From Acidobacteriota bacterium (lineage in GTDB: Bacteria > Acidobacteriota > Vicinamibacteria > Vicinamibacterales > CAVVIG01), in the NCBI GenBank assembly GCA_025358945.1, contig JANYHS010000282.1, positions 1 to 45,338 on the forward strand: a stretch of DNA of 45,338 nt, in the 5' to 3' direction. The position numbers were made by a program, and so were the translations under genes. This document shows, piece by piece, positions 1 through 7,426 of the stretch; position 1 is the first letter of the stretch, and each line of letters begins with the position of its first letter. The notes under the pieces are model-generated. The model was not told the origin of the DNA, did not search any database, and saw only the letters and a program-made list of their open reading frames with translations.

Positions 1-239
1 AGGTCGCTGAGGTTGACGGCAAGCGCGCGGTGGCCGATCGCATCAGGTGGCACGAACGCGCGATCGAAGTGCACGCCTTCAACGAGTGCATCGACGGTCA
101 GCACCTCGACGCGGTCGCGCTCCGGCTCGACGACGGCCGCGTCGTCACCGACGCCGACCAGCAGCCACGGTGGCGCAGCCGGCAGCCCGCGGCGGATGCG
201 CGCGATCAGTTCGCGCTCCGTGCAATCGGAAATCGTCAC
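1..239 (-). CDS. thiL: Thiamine-monophosphate kinase (5' part; runs off the window)
   Basis: Manual translation from GTG at 239: MTISDCTERELIARIRR...GVGDDAAV...TVDALVEGVHFD...IGHRALAVNLSD, which carries the ThiL motifs. The start overlaps the rny stop. Not in the ORF track. Confidence 0.9.
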   Translation of the reverse strand, partial: MTISDCTERELIARIRRGLPAAPPWLLVGVGDDAAVVEPERDRVEVLTVDALVEGVHFDRAFVPPDAIGHRALAVNLSD

Positions 240-1825
240 TTCGCGTAATCGACGGCCCGGGTTTCGCGGATCACCGTCACCTTGATCTGGCCCGGGTATT
301 CGAGCTCGTTCTCGATCCGGCGCGCAATATCCTTCGACAGCCAGACGGCTTCCTCGTCTGAAATCTTCTCGCTCTCGACCATGATGCGGATTTCCCGGCC
401 GGCCTGCAGCGCGAACGATTTCGACACGCCCTTGAACGAGTCGGCGATGCCTTCGAGCTTTTCGAGCCGTTTGACGTAGGACTCGAGGATGTCGCGGCGC
501 GCGCCCGGCCGCGCGGCAGAGATCGCGTCGGCGGCCTGCACGATCATCGCTTCGAGCGACGGCCAGTCGATGTCCATGTGGTGCGCGGCCATCGCCATCA
601 CCACCGCCTCGCTCTCGCCGTGCTTGCGCAGGAAGTCGATGCCGATCTGGAGGTGCGTGCCTTCCATTTCGCGATCGATCGCCTTGCCGATGTCGTGGAC
701 GAATGCGGCGCGGACGGCGACGTGCGCGTCCAGGCCGACCTCTCGCGCCATGATCCCCGCGAGCCGCGCCACTTCGGCGGAATGCGAGAGCACGTTCTGC
801 CCGTAGCTGGTGCGGTATTTCAGGCGTCCCATCAACCGATGAATCTCCGGATGCAGATCGTGCAGGCCGAGCTCGAAGGCGACCTCGCCACCTTCCTTGC
901 GCATCGCCTCGTCGGTCTCTTCCTTCACCTTGGCGACCACTTCTTCGATGCGCGCGGGATGGATGCGGCCGTCGGCGATCAGTCGCTCGATCGCCTGTTT
1001 GGCGATGGCGCGGCGGTACGGATCGAAGGCGGAGAGGATGATCGCGCCGGGCGTGTCGTCGACGATCAGGTCGACGCCGGTGGCCAGCTCGAGCGCGCGA
1101 ATGTTGCGGCCTTCGCGGCCGATGATGCGTCCCTTGAGATCGTCGCTCGGCAGATCGACGACCGATACCGTGGTTTCGATGGCGTGCTCCGCACCGCAGC
1201 GCTGGATGGCCTCGGTGATGTACTGCTTGGCGCGATCGACGGCCGTTTCGCGGGCTTCGGCGTCGAGGCGCTTCAGCAGGTTGGCCGAGTCGTGGCGCGC
1301 CTCGCCTTCGATCTGTTTGATCAGCAGCTCCTTCGCTTCGTCTGCTGTGAGGCCGGCGACGCGCTCGAGCTCGTGCTTCTGCTGCGCGATCAGTTGCTGG
1401 TACTTCTCGGCGGCGGCGGCGGCGCGCGTTTCGCGCTCGACCAGCGCTTGGTCGCGGCCGCTCAGTGCGTGTTCGAGGCGTTCGATGGCCGACTGCCGCT
1501 CGGTGGCCGCCGCCTCGCGGCGGGAGAGCGTCTGCTCGAGTGCGGCCGCCTGCTGGCGGTCGGTGCGCGCCTGACGCTCGGCCTCCATCAGGATCTCGTG
1601 CGCCTGCTCCCTGGCGTCGAGCAGCGCCGCTTTCCTGGTGGTCTCCGCGTCGCGCTCGGCGTCCTTCGACAGGCGCTCGGCCTGCGCTTCCGCGCGTCCG
1701 ACAGTGTCGGCGGCGATGCGCTTGCGGTTGGCGACCCACACCGCGAACATGCTGCCGGCGACGATCACCGTGACGAGCGCGGCGACGATGGCGGGAATTG
1801 AGTTCTTCGCGATATCAGACAGCAC
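236..1825 (-). CDS. rny: Ribonuclease Y
   Basis: N-terminal TM helix, coiled coil, KH domain (KGRIIGREGRNIR), HD domain (HDIGK), C-terminal YPGQIKVTVIRE. Confidence 0.97.
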   Translation of the reverse strand: MLSDIAKNSIPAIVAALVTVIVAGSMFAVWVANRKRIAADTVGRAEAQAERLSKDAERDAETTRKAALLDAREQAHEILMEAERQARTDRQQAAALEQTLSRREAAATERQSAIERLEHALSGRDQALVERETRAAAAAEKYQQLIAQQKHELERVAGLTADEAKELLIKQIEGEARHDSANLLKRLDAEARETAVDRAKQYITEAIQRCGAEHAIETTVSVVDLPSDDLKGRIIGREGRNIRALELATGVDLIVDDTPGAIILSAFDPYRRAIAKQAIERLIADGRIHPARIEEVVAKVKEETDEAMRKEGGEVAFELGLHDLHPEIHRLMGRLKYRTSYGQNVLSHSAEVARLAGIMAREVGLDAHVAVRAAFVHDIGKAIDREMEGTHLQIGIDFLRKHGESEAVVMAMAAHHMDIDWPSLEAMIVQAADAISAARPGARRDILESYVKRLEKLEGIADSFKGVSKSFALQAGREIRIMVESEKISDEEAVWLSKDIARRIENELEYPGQIKVTVIRETRAVDYAK

Positions 1826-1901
1826 GCGTGACGTCCTTTCCCGTTACCGGGGTCAGAACCCCCAGATGAGTCCGATGAACGAGAAGAACTGGTGGGGTAC
1901 G

Positions 1902-2095
1902 CGAGCGAAAGATCCCGCCTTGCCGTGTGGGGTGGTCGATGAACCTGCTAAAGCAGGTGGAACCGCTATAACTAACCGCGCTTCAGGCTTCCTCGTTGCA
2001 GAGGCATGCACACCACGCGGGTTCGCGACTCACTTGGGTAAACATTGGCTCAACGAGCCATCCGCCATCACGAACAACGCAGGACCCAAACTCTC
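1902..2095 (-). ncRNA. ssrS: 6S RNA
   Basis: About 190 nt directly downstream of zapA (canonical synteny). The ends pair (GGGUCCUGCGUUG / CAAGGCGGGAUCU) into a long rod. An upstream TTGAAC-17-TAGGAT promoter is present. Ends approximate. Confidence 0.85.
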
Positions 2096-2101
2096 GAACT
2101 G

Positions 2102-2130
2102 ATCCTAACGGTAATGGGGGCAAGGTTCAA
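2102..2130 (-). promoter_or_regulatory. Putative sigma70 promoter of 6S RNA
   Basis: Minus strand TTGAAC (2130-2125), 17 nt, TAGGAT (2107-2102), ending about 6 nt before the predicted 6S 5' end. Confidence 0.6.
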
Positions 2131-2151
2131 GGTGCAGGTGCAGGGTGCAGG
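2117..2151. repeat. Heptamer tandem array (GGTGCAG-like)
   Basis: ggggcaa ggttcaa ggtgca ggtgcag ggtgcag g between zapA and 6S RNA. Confidence 0.7.
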
Positions 2152-2156
2152 CTTGT

Positions 2157-2447
2157 TCAGGCGGAAAGGACGCGGTCGAGCAGGCGCTCGAGTTCGCCTG
2201 CGCGCTCGGCCAGTTCGCCGTTCCCGGCACGGGTGCCGTCGCGGCACCGGAACAGCTCGTCGGCCACGTTCAGCGCCGCGAGCACCGCGAGCCTCAGCGA
2301 GTCGCCGGTGGGCGTGGAATCGGCGGCGGCGCGCATCTTCTCGTCGACGTACTGCGCGAGCCGCGCGACGTACTCCTGATCCAGCCCGCTGCGGATCGGG
2401 TAGCGCTGTCCGTGGATCTCGACAGAGATGACGGCGTCGTCGGACAT
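2157..2447 (-). CDS. zapA: Cell division protein ZapA
   Basis: VEIHGQRYPIRS...YVDEKM...LAVLAALNVADEL pattern; sits between pheT and 6S RNA. Confidence 0.93.
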   Translation of the reverse strand: MSDDAVISVEIHGQRYPIRSGLDQEYVARLAQYVDEKMRAAADSTPTGDSLRLAVLAALNVADELFRCRDGTRAGNGELAERAGELERLLDRVLSA

Positions 2448-2726
2448 TTAGAGGCTGAGCGACTCGAGTTGTTCGAGCATGTCGGTGACGCGTGTGCGGA
2501 TGACGTCGCGTTCATCCTTCAACGCGGTCAGCTCGGTGATGAGCCCTTCGCTCGAGGACAGCCGTCCGCGCAGGCTTTCCAGTTCGCTCGACAGGCGCTG
2601 GTTGTCTTCGGTGGCGCGGGCCGTCTCGATCTTCATGCGCTCGACCATCGCGACGAGAAGCTTCACCTTCTCCTCCAGCCGATCGATGGGTTCGAGATCC
2701 ACGCTGCGGGTCGCTGTCTTTGCCAT
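2448..2726 (-). CDS. zapB: ZapB-like coiled-coil cell division protein
   Basis: 92 aa all coiled coil (IDRLEEKV...ERDVIRTRV), immediately upstream of zapA; a TACAAT -10 lies upstream. Confidence 0.7.
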   Translation of the reverse strand: MAKTATRSVDLEPIDRLEEKVKLLVAMVERMKIETARATEDNQRLSSELESLRGRLSSSEGLITELTALKDERDVIRTRVTDMLEQLESLSL

Positions 2727-2763
2727 GATGTCCTATCCGTCTGTCGCGCTATTGTAGGCTGCG

Positions 2764-4896
2764 TTATCTTTGGATCGCCGCATGCTCGCGGACGAGCGCG
2801 GCCAGAATCGTGTCGACGCTCTGCTGAATTTCCGCGTCGGTCAAGGTGCGATCCGCCTGAAACACGAGCCGCACCGAGAGGCTGACGGCGCCGTCCGGCA
2901 CGCCCTTACCTTGATAGCGATCGAAAAAGCTCGCCGCCTCGAGCGGCGCCGGAAGATTGCGCCCAGCGGTCAGAATGGTGCCACGAATGATTTCGGCAGG
3001 CAAGGCATCCGCCACCACGAACGACAGGTCGCGGACGACGAACGGATGACGCGGCAGCGGGCGGGTGGCGTCGCCGGCCGACACCCGCGCGCGCGCCAGC
3101 AGATCGAGATCGGCCTCCGCGACGAACACGCGATCCTGTCGCGGCAGCCCGCGCGCATCCGCGATCGCCGGCGCGAGTTGTCCCGCCACACCGATGCGCG
3201 CGCCGCGTTCGGGTCCGTCGGCGACCACGATCGCCGCGGCCTGGCCCGCGACCAGAAACGTCTCGCTGGCCGGTTCGAACCGGCAGGCGACACCGAGCGC
3301 GTCGCACAGGTGTTCGACGCTGCCCGAGACGTCGAAGAAGTCGACGTCTCGCGCGCCGCCCGACCAGTGTTCGACGCCACCGGTTCCGGTCCACGCGACG
3401 GCGACGCTGCGCGTTTCTCCTGAGGGCGCGAACCGCGTACCGATCTCGAAGAGCTGCACGTCGCGCCGGCCGTGGCGCCGGTTGTGTGCGACCGCATCGA
3501 CGAGCCCCGGCAGCAGCGATGGACGCAGTGTGTCGAACTTCGCCGACAACGGGTTGGCGATCCCAACCGTCGCATTAACCGCGGAGTTCGCTGAGCTCGC
3601 CGACAGATCTTGGCTCTGCGTGTTCTGCGTGCTCGGCGGTTGCGTGTAGGGTTCTGCTGCTCGTGCCTCGATGAACCCGAACGTCACCGCCTCTGAAAAT
3701 CCCGCGGCGGTCAGCACTCGGCGCGCGAGCTGATCCCGGGTGATGCGCGGATCGGGTGGCGGTGCCGGCTGCGTGACCACTGGGAACGTCGCGTCGAGCT
3801 TGTCGAAGCCATAGTGACGGCCCGCCTCTTCGATCAGATCCACTTCGCGCAGCAGGTCCACGCGGAACGTTGGCGCGACCACGTCCCAGCCGTCGCCGGC
3901 CGGCGTGACCTCGAGCCCCAGGCCACGCAGAATCCGCGTCACCTCCACGTCAGGCACGGCCGCGCCGAGCAGGCGCGCCAGGCGGTCGCGCCGCAGGTGC
4001 AGGCGCTTCGCGGTGCGCGGCTGCGGGTAGACGTCGACGATCGATCCCACCGGCTGTCCCGCGCCGATCTGCTGCATCAGCGCGATCGCGCGCTGGAGCG
4101 CGATGACCTGGCCGTTGATGTCCGCGCCGCGCTCGAAGCGCGAGGACGCTTCGGTCTTCAGGCCGAGTTTCTTGCTCGTGCGCCTGACGGAGGCCGGCGC
4201 GAAGTACGCGGCCTCGAAGACGACGGTCGTGGTCGTCGCCGACACTTCGGACGCGGCGCCGCCCATCACACCCGCGACGCCTTGCGCGCGATCGCGGTCG
4301 GCGATGACCAGCATGTCCGGATCCAGCTTCCGTTCGACGCCGTCGATCGTCGTGCATGTTTCCCCGGGCTTCGCGCGGCGCGCGGTGAGCGTGGCGCCGG
4401 CGAGGCGGGCCAGATCGTACGCGTGCATCGGCTGGCCGAGTTCGAGGTTCACATAGTTCGTGATGTCGACGAGGTTGCTGATCGGCCTGACGCCGGCCGC
4501 CTGCAGCCGCGCCGCCATCCAGGCCGGCGAACTGCCCATGCGCACGTCCGCGACCGCGGCCGCAAACCGCAGGCAGAGGTCGGGCTCGTCGATCGTGACG
4601 GTGATGCGATCGGAGGATCCGGATGCGATTGCCGCCAGGGCGGCGCGCGCGCCGGAGGTCGCGGCGGGCAGCGTGAGCGGAAGGTCGTAGGCGGTCGCTA
4701 CTTCACGCGCGAGCCCGAGCACACTCAAGGCGTCCGGGCGGTTCGCGGTGACCTCGAAATCGATCACGGCATCATCGCCGCCGAGCGATTCGACCGACGC
4801 GACCTCGAAGCCGCGCAGGGCGAGCGCGCGCGCGACATCGTCGGCCGGCGCCTGCACGTCGACGAATTCACGGAGCCATGAGAGAACTAGTCGCAT
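2764..4896 (-). CDS. pheT: Phenylalanine--tRNA ligase beta subunit (short form)
   Basis: True start MRLVLSWLREF at 4896; contains TANRPD, B3/4, B5 (PTFRVDL..EVDLIEE) and FDX-ACB domains. The 1020-aa track ORF is over-extended. Confidence 0.96.
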   Translation of the reverse strand: MRLVLSWLREFVDVQAPADDVARALALRGFEVASVESLGGDDAVIDFEVTANRPDALSVLGLAREVATAYDLPLTLPAATSGARAALAAIASGSSDRITVTIDEPDLCLRFAAAVADVRMGSSPAWMAARLQAAGVRPISNLVDITNYVNLELGQPMHAYDLARLAGATLTARRAKPGETCTTIDGVERKLDPDMLVIADRDRAQGVAGVMGGAASEVSATTTTVVFEAAYFAPASVRRTSKKLGLKTEASSRFERGADINGQVIALQRAIALMQQIGAGQPVGSIVDVYPQPRTAKRLHLRRDRLARLLGAAVPDVEVTRILRGLGLEVTPAGDGWDVVAPTFRVDLLREVDLIEEAGRHYGFDKLDATFPVVTQPAPPPDPRITRDQLARRVLTAAGFSEAVTFGFIEARAAEPYTQPPSTQNTQSQDLSASSANSAVNATVGIANPLSAKFDTLRPSLLPGLVDAVAHNRRHGRRDVQLFEIGTRFAPSGETRSVAVAWTGTGGVEHWSGGARDVDFFDVSGSVEHLCDALGVACRFEPASETFLVAGQAAAIVVADGPERGARIGVAGQLAPAIADARGLPRQDRVFVAEADLDLLARARVSAGDATRPLPRHPFVVRDLSFVVADALPAEIIRGTILTAGRNLPAPLEAASFFDRYQGKGVPDGAVSLSVRLVFQADRTLTDAEIQQSVDTILAALVREHAAIQR
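3577..3641. repeat. Inverted 9-mer array element inserted in-frame in pheT
   Basis: aacc gcggagttc gctgagctc gccga ... tctgc gtgttctgc gtgctcggc ggtt, with terminal AACCGC/GCGGTT. Confidence 0.7.
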
Positions 4897-4898
4897 AG

Positions 4899-5969
4899 CT
4901 AAGACGGAAACTGTTCCAGGAATCTCAGGTCGTTCTCGTAGAACAACCGGATGTCTTCCACTTGATAGCGCAGGATGGCGACGCGTTCGATGCCGATGCC
5001 CCACGCGAACCCGGTGTATTTCTCGGGGTCGTAGCCGACGGCCTCGAAGACCGCCGGGTGGACCATGCCGCAGCCGAGGATCTCGATCCAGCCGCTCTTC
5101 TTGCACATCGAGCAGCCGGCGCCGTTGCACGACCAGCAGCTGATGTCCACTTCGGCGCTCGGCTCGGTGTACGGGAAGAAGCTCGGGCGGAACCGCAGCC
5201 GCGACTGCTCGCCGAACATGTCGCGCGCGAAGGCGAGCAGCGTTCCCTTCAGGTCTGCCAGTGATATCCCCTCGCCGACGACTAACCCTTCCATCTGCGA
5301 GAACATCGGCGTGTGCGTCAGGTCGAGATCGTCGCGCCGATACACGCGTCCCGGCACGACGATGCGGATCGGCGGCTGGTGGGCCTGCATGTAACGGATC
5401 TGCATCGCTGAGGTGTGGGTCCGCAGCATGGTGCGGACGAGCGACTCCGGGTCGCCAGCGATCGGCGGCATCGGGCTCGCCAGGTACAGCGTGTCCTGCA
5501 TGTCGCGCGCGGGGTGCTCGGCCGGCATGTTCAGCGCGTCGAAGCAGTGCCACTCGTCTTCGATTTCGGGGCCTTCGACGATCGCGAACCCCATGCGCGT
5601 GAAGATCTCTTCCATGCGATCGCGGACGACGGTGAGAGGATGACGATGGCCGAGCCGCGGCTGCCGACCGGGCAGCGTCACGTCGACGCCGCCGGCGGGC
5701 GCGGCATTCTGCGCCGCTTCGTCGTATGCCGTCCACCGCGCTTCGATCGCGACCTTCAGCGCGTTGGCGTACTGGCCGATGTGTTTTTTCTGATCGGCCG
5801 GCGCGCTGCCAATCAGCTGCATCCACGCCGCGACAATGCTGTTCTTGCGTCCGAGGTAGCGGTCGCGGAGGGACTTGGCGTCGTTGAGGGACGGAGCCGC
5901 CGCGAGCTCACGCGCGAACGCGGCGACGTGCGCATCGACAGCGTCTTGTGTAGGAAGGGCGTCGGACAT
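4899..5969 (-). CDS. pheS: Phenylalanine--tRNA ligase alpha subunit
   Basis: HPARDMQDT, LRTHTS, FRPSFFPYTEPS, CxxC-CxxC insert, GFAWGIGIER. Start taken at MSDAL. Confidence 0.97.
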   Translation of the reverse strand: MSDALPTQDAVDAHVAAFARELAAAPSLNDAKSLRDRYLGRKNSIVAAWMQLIGSAPADQKKHIGQYANALKVAIEARWTAYDEAAQNAAPAGGVDVTLPGRQPRLGHRHPLTVVRDRMEEIFTRMGFAIVEGPEIEDEWHCFDALNMPAEHPARDMQDTLYLASPMPPIAGDPESLVRTMLRTHTSAMQIRYMQAHQPPIRIVVPGRVYRRDDLDLTHTPMFSQMEGLVVGEGISLADLKGTLLAFARDMFGEQSRLRFRPSFFPYTEPSAEVDISCWSCNGAGCSMCKKSGWIEILGCGMVHPAVFEAVGYDPEKYTGFAWGIGIERVAILRYQVEDIRLFYENDLRFLEQFPS

Positions 5970-5972
5970 GAG

Positions 5973-6064
5973 CAGGGTCCAGAGGCTAGGGGCTTGAGTG
6001 GGGGCTTGGGGCTGGAAAGGCAACCCCGGCTTGCTCGCCCCCAGTCCCCAGCCCCGAGTCCCTG
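5973..6064. repeat. Inverted heptamer arrays (TGGGGC / CCCCAGT type) between rplT and pheS
   Basis: cagggtc cagaggc taggggc ... ttggggc tgg // ccccagt ccccagc cccgagt ccctg. Confidence 0.75.
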
Positions 6065-6067
6065 TTG

Positions 6068-6502
6068 TTACGCGCGAGCGGCCGCTTTAGCCTTAGCCAC
6101 CTTCGACGCGGCAGCCTTCTCGACGTTCTTGGCGGACTTCACGGCGAACTTCGCCGCCGCCTTGGCCTGCTTCGCCAGTGTGGCAAATGCCGCGGGGCTG
6201 GAGATCGCCAGTTCGGAGAGGCTCTTGCGATCGAGCGTGATCCCGGCGTTCTTCAGCCCGTTGATCATCTGCCCGTAGGTGAGGCCATGCTCGCGGGCGG
6301 CCGCATTGATGCGGACAACCCACAGACGGCGGAAATCGCGCTTCTTCCGGCGGCGGCCGACGAAGGCGTACTTGAGCGCGGTATCGACCGATTCTTTCGC
6401 GGCGCGATACAGCTTGCTCTTATTGGCGTAGTAGCCCTTCGCGAGCTTCAGCAGTTTCTTGCGCTTGGCCCGGCGGACGGTTCCTCGTTTAACTCGCGGC
6501 AT
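6068..6502 (-). CDS. rplT: 50S ribosomal protein L20
   Basis: MPRVKRG...[19 protein letters not shown]. Confidence 0.98.
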   Translation of the reverse strand: MPRVKRGTVRRAKRKKLLKLAKGYYANKSKLYRAAKESVDTALKYAFVGRRRKKRDFRRLWVVRINAAAREHGLTYGQMINGLKNAGITLDRKSLSELAISSPAAFATLAKQAKAAAKFAVKSAKNVEKAAASKVAKAKAAARA

Positions 6503-6516
6503 TCTCTACTCCCGAA

Positions 6517-6587
6517 ATTCAGATTTCAGAATTCAGATTTCAGATTGGATTTCAGATTGAATCTGAAATTTGAACTCTGAAATCTGA
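6517..6587. repeat. Inverted heptamer arrays (WTTCAGA)n / (TCTGAAA)n
   Basis: attcaga tttcaga attcaga tttcaga ttgga tttcaga ... tctgaaa tttgaac tctgaaa tctga; AT-rich within a GC-rich background. Confidence 0.9.
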
Positions 6588-6598
6588 GACTTCCCGTT

Positions 6599-6814
6599 TC
6601 ACTTATACGGCAACATCCGTGCGATCTTCGGCACGTCGCACGCCGCCACAGTCGTCGTGCCCTTGAGTCCGCGCTTCCGCTTCCTGGTCTTGCTCGTCAG
6701 GATGTGCTGGCTGAACGCCTTGCCACGCAGAAACTTCCCGTTTTTCGTCCGCTTGAAGCGCTTCGCCGCGCCGCGGTGGGTCTTCAGTTTGATCTTCTTC
6801 GCTTTTTTCGCCAT
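6599..6814 (-). CDS. rpmI: 50S ribosomal protein L35
   Basis: [13 protein letters not shown]...HILTSK; lies between infC and rplT. Confidence 0.97.
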   Translation of the reverse strand: MAKKAKKIKLKTHRGAAKRFKRTKNGKFLRGKAFSQHILTSKTRKRKRGLKGTTTVAACDVPKIARMLPYK

Positions 6815-6829
6815 CACATCCTCGTCGCG

Positions 6830-7417
6830 TTACTTTGTGGCCGCTGCCGAACTCGCGGCCGCCTTTGCTTTCCCGCCCCCGCTCTGCGGACGCCTGGTCA
6901 GGATGGTGTGCATCTGATTGCCCTCCATCCGCGGCATCGTTTCCGCGAGCGCCACGTCGCCCAGTTCCCCGATCAGCCGCTCGAGAATCCGGCGCCCGAT
7001 TTCCGGGTGCGCCATTTCGCGCCCACGGAAGAAAATCGTCGCCTTCACCTTGTCCCCGTCCTCGAGGAAGCGCTCGATGTGCTTCTTCTTGAACTGGTAG
7101 TCGTGCTCGTCGACCTTCGGGCGGAACTTGATCTCTTTGACCTCGATCACCTTCTGGTGCTTCCGAGCTTCGCGCGCGCGCTTCTGCTCCTGGTACTGGT
7201 ATTTCCCGAAATCCATGATGCGGCAGACCGGCGGCACGGCCGTCGGCGAGATCTCGACCAGGTCGAGTCCTTTCTGCTTGGCGATCGCCAGGGCTTGCGG
7301 CGGCGGCATGATGCCGAGCTGCTCGCCCGTGTCGTCGATGACCCGGATTTCCCGTACCCGGATGCGTTCGTTTACCCGCGTGCGGTCATCTCGGCGGGGA
7401 CTTCTGTCGAAAGCGAT
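6830..7417 (-). CDS. infC: Translation initiation factor IF-3 (non-canonical ATC start)
   Basis: The frame extends upstream of the track start through [15 protein letters not shown] to an ATC preceded by AAGGAGG; contains DLVEISP, KEIKFRP, FRGRE. Confidence 0.95.
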   Translation of the reverse strand: MAFDRSPRRDDRTRVNERIRVREIRVIDDTGEQLGIMPPPQALAIAKQKGLDLVEISPTAVPPVCRIMDFGKYQYQEQKRAREARKHQKVIEVKEIKFRPKVDEHDYQFKKKHIERFLEDGDKVKATIFFRGREMAHPEIGRRILERLIGELGDVALAETMPRMEGNQMHTILTRRPQSGGGKAKAAASSAAATK

Positions 7418-7426
7418 AAGGCCTCC

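Noticed and set aside
4897-5826. Apparent 310-aa N-terminal extension of PheT
   Set aside because: It is an alternative frame of pheS; PheT homology starts at ATG 4896.
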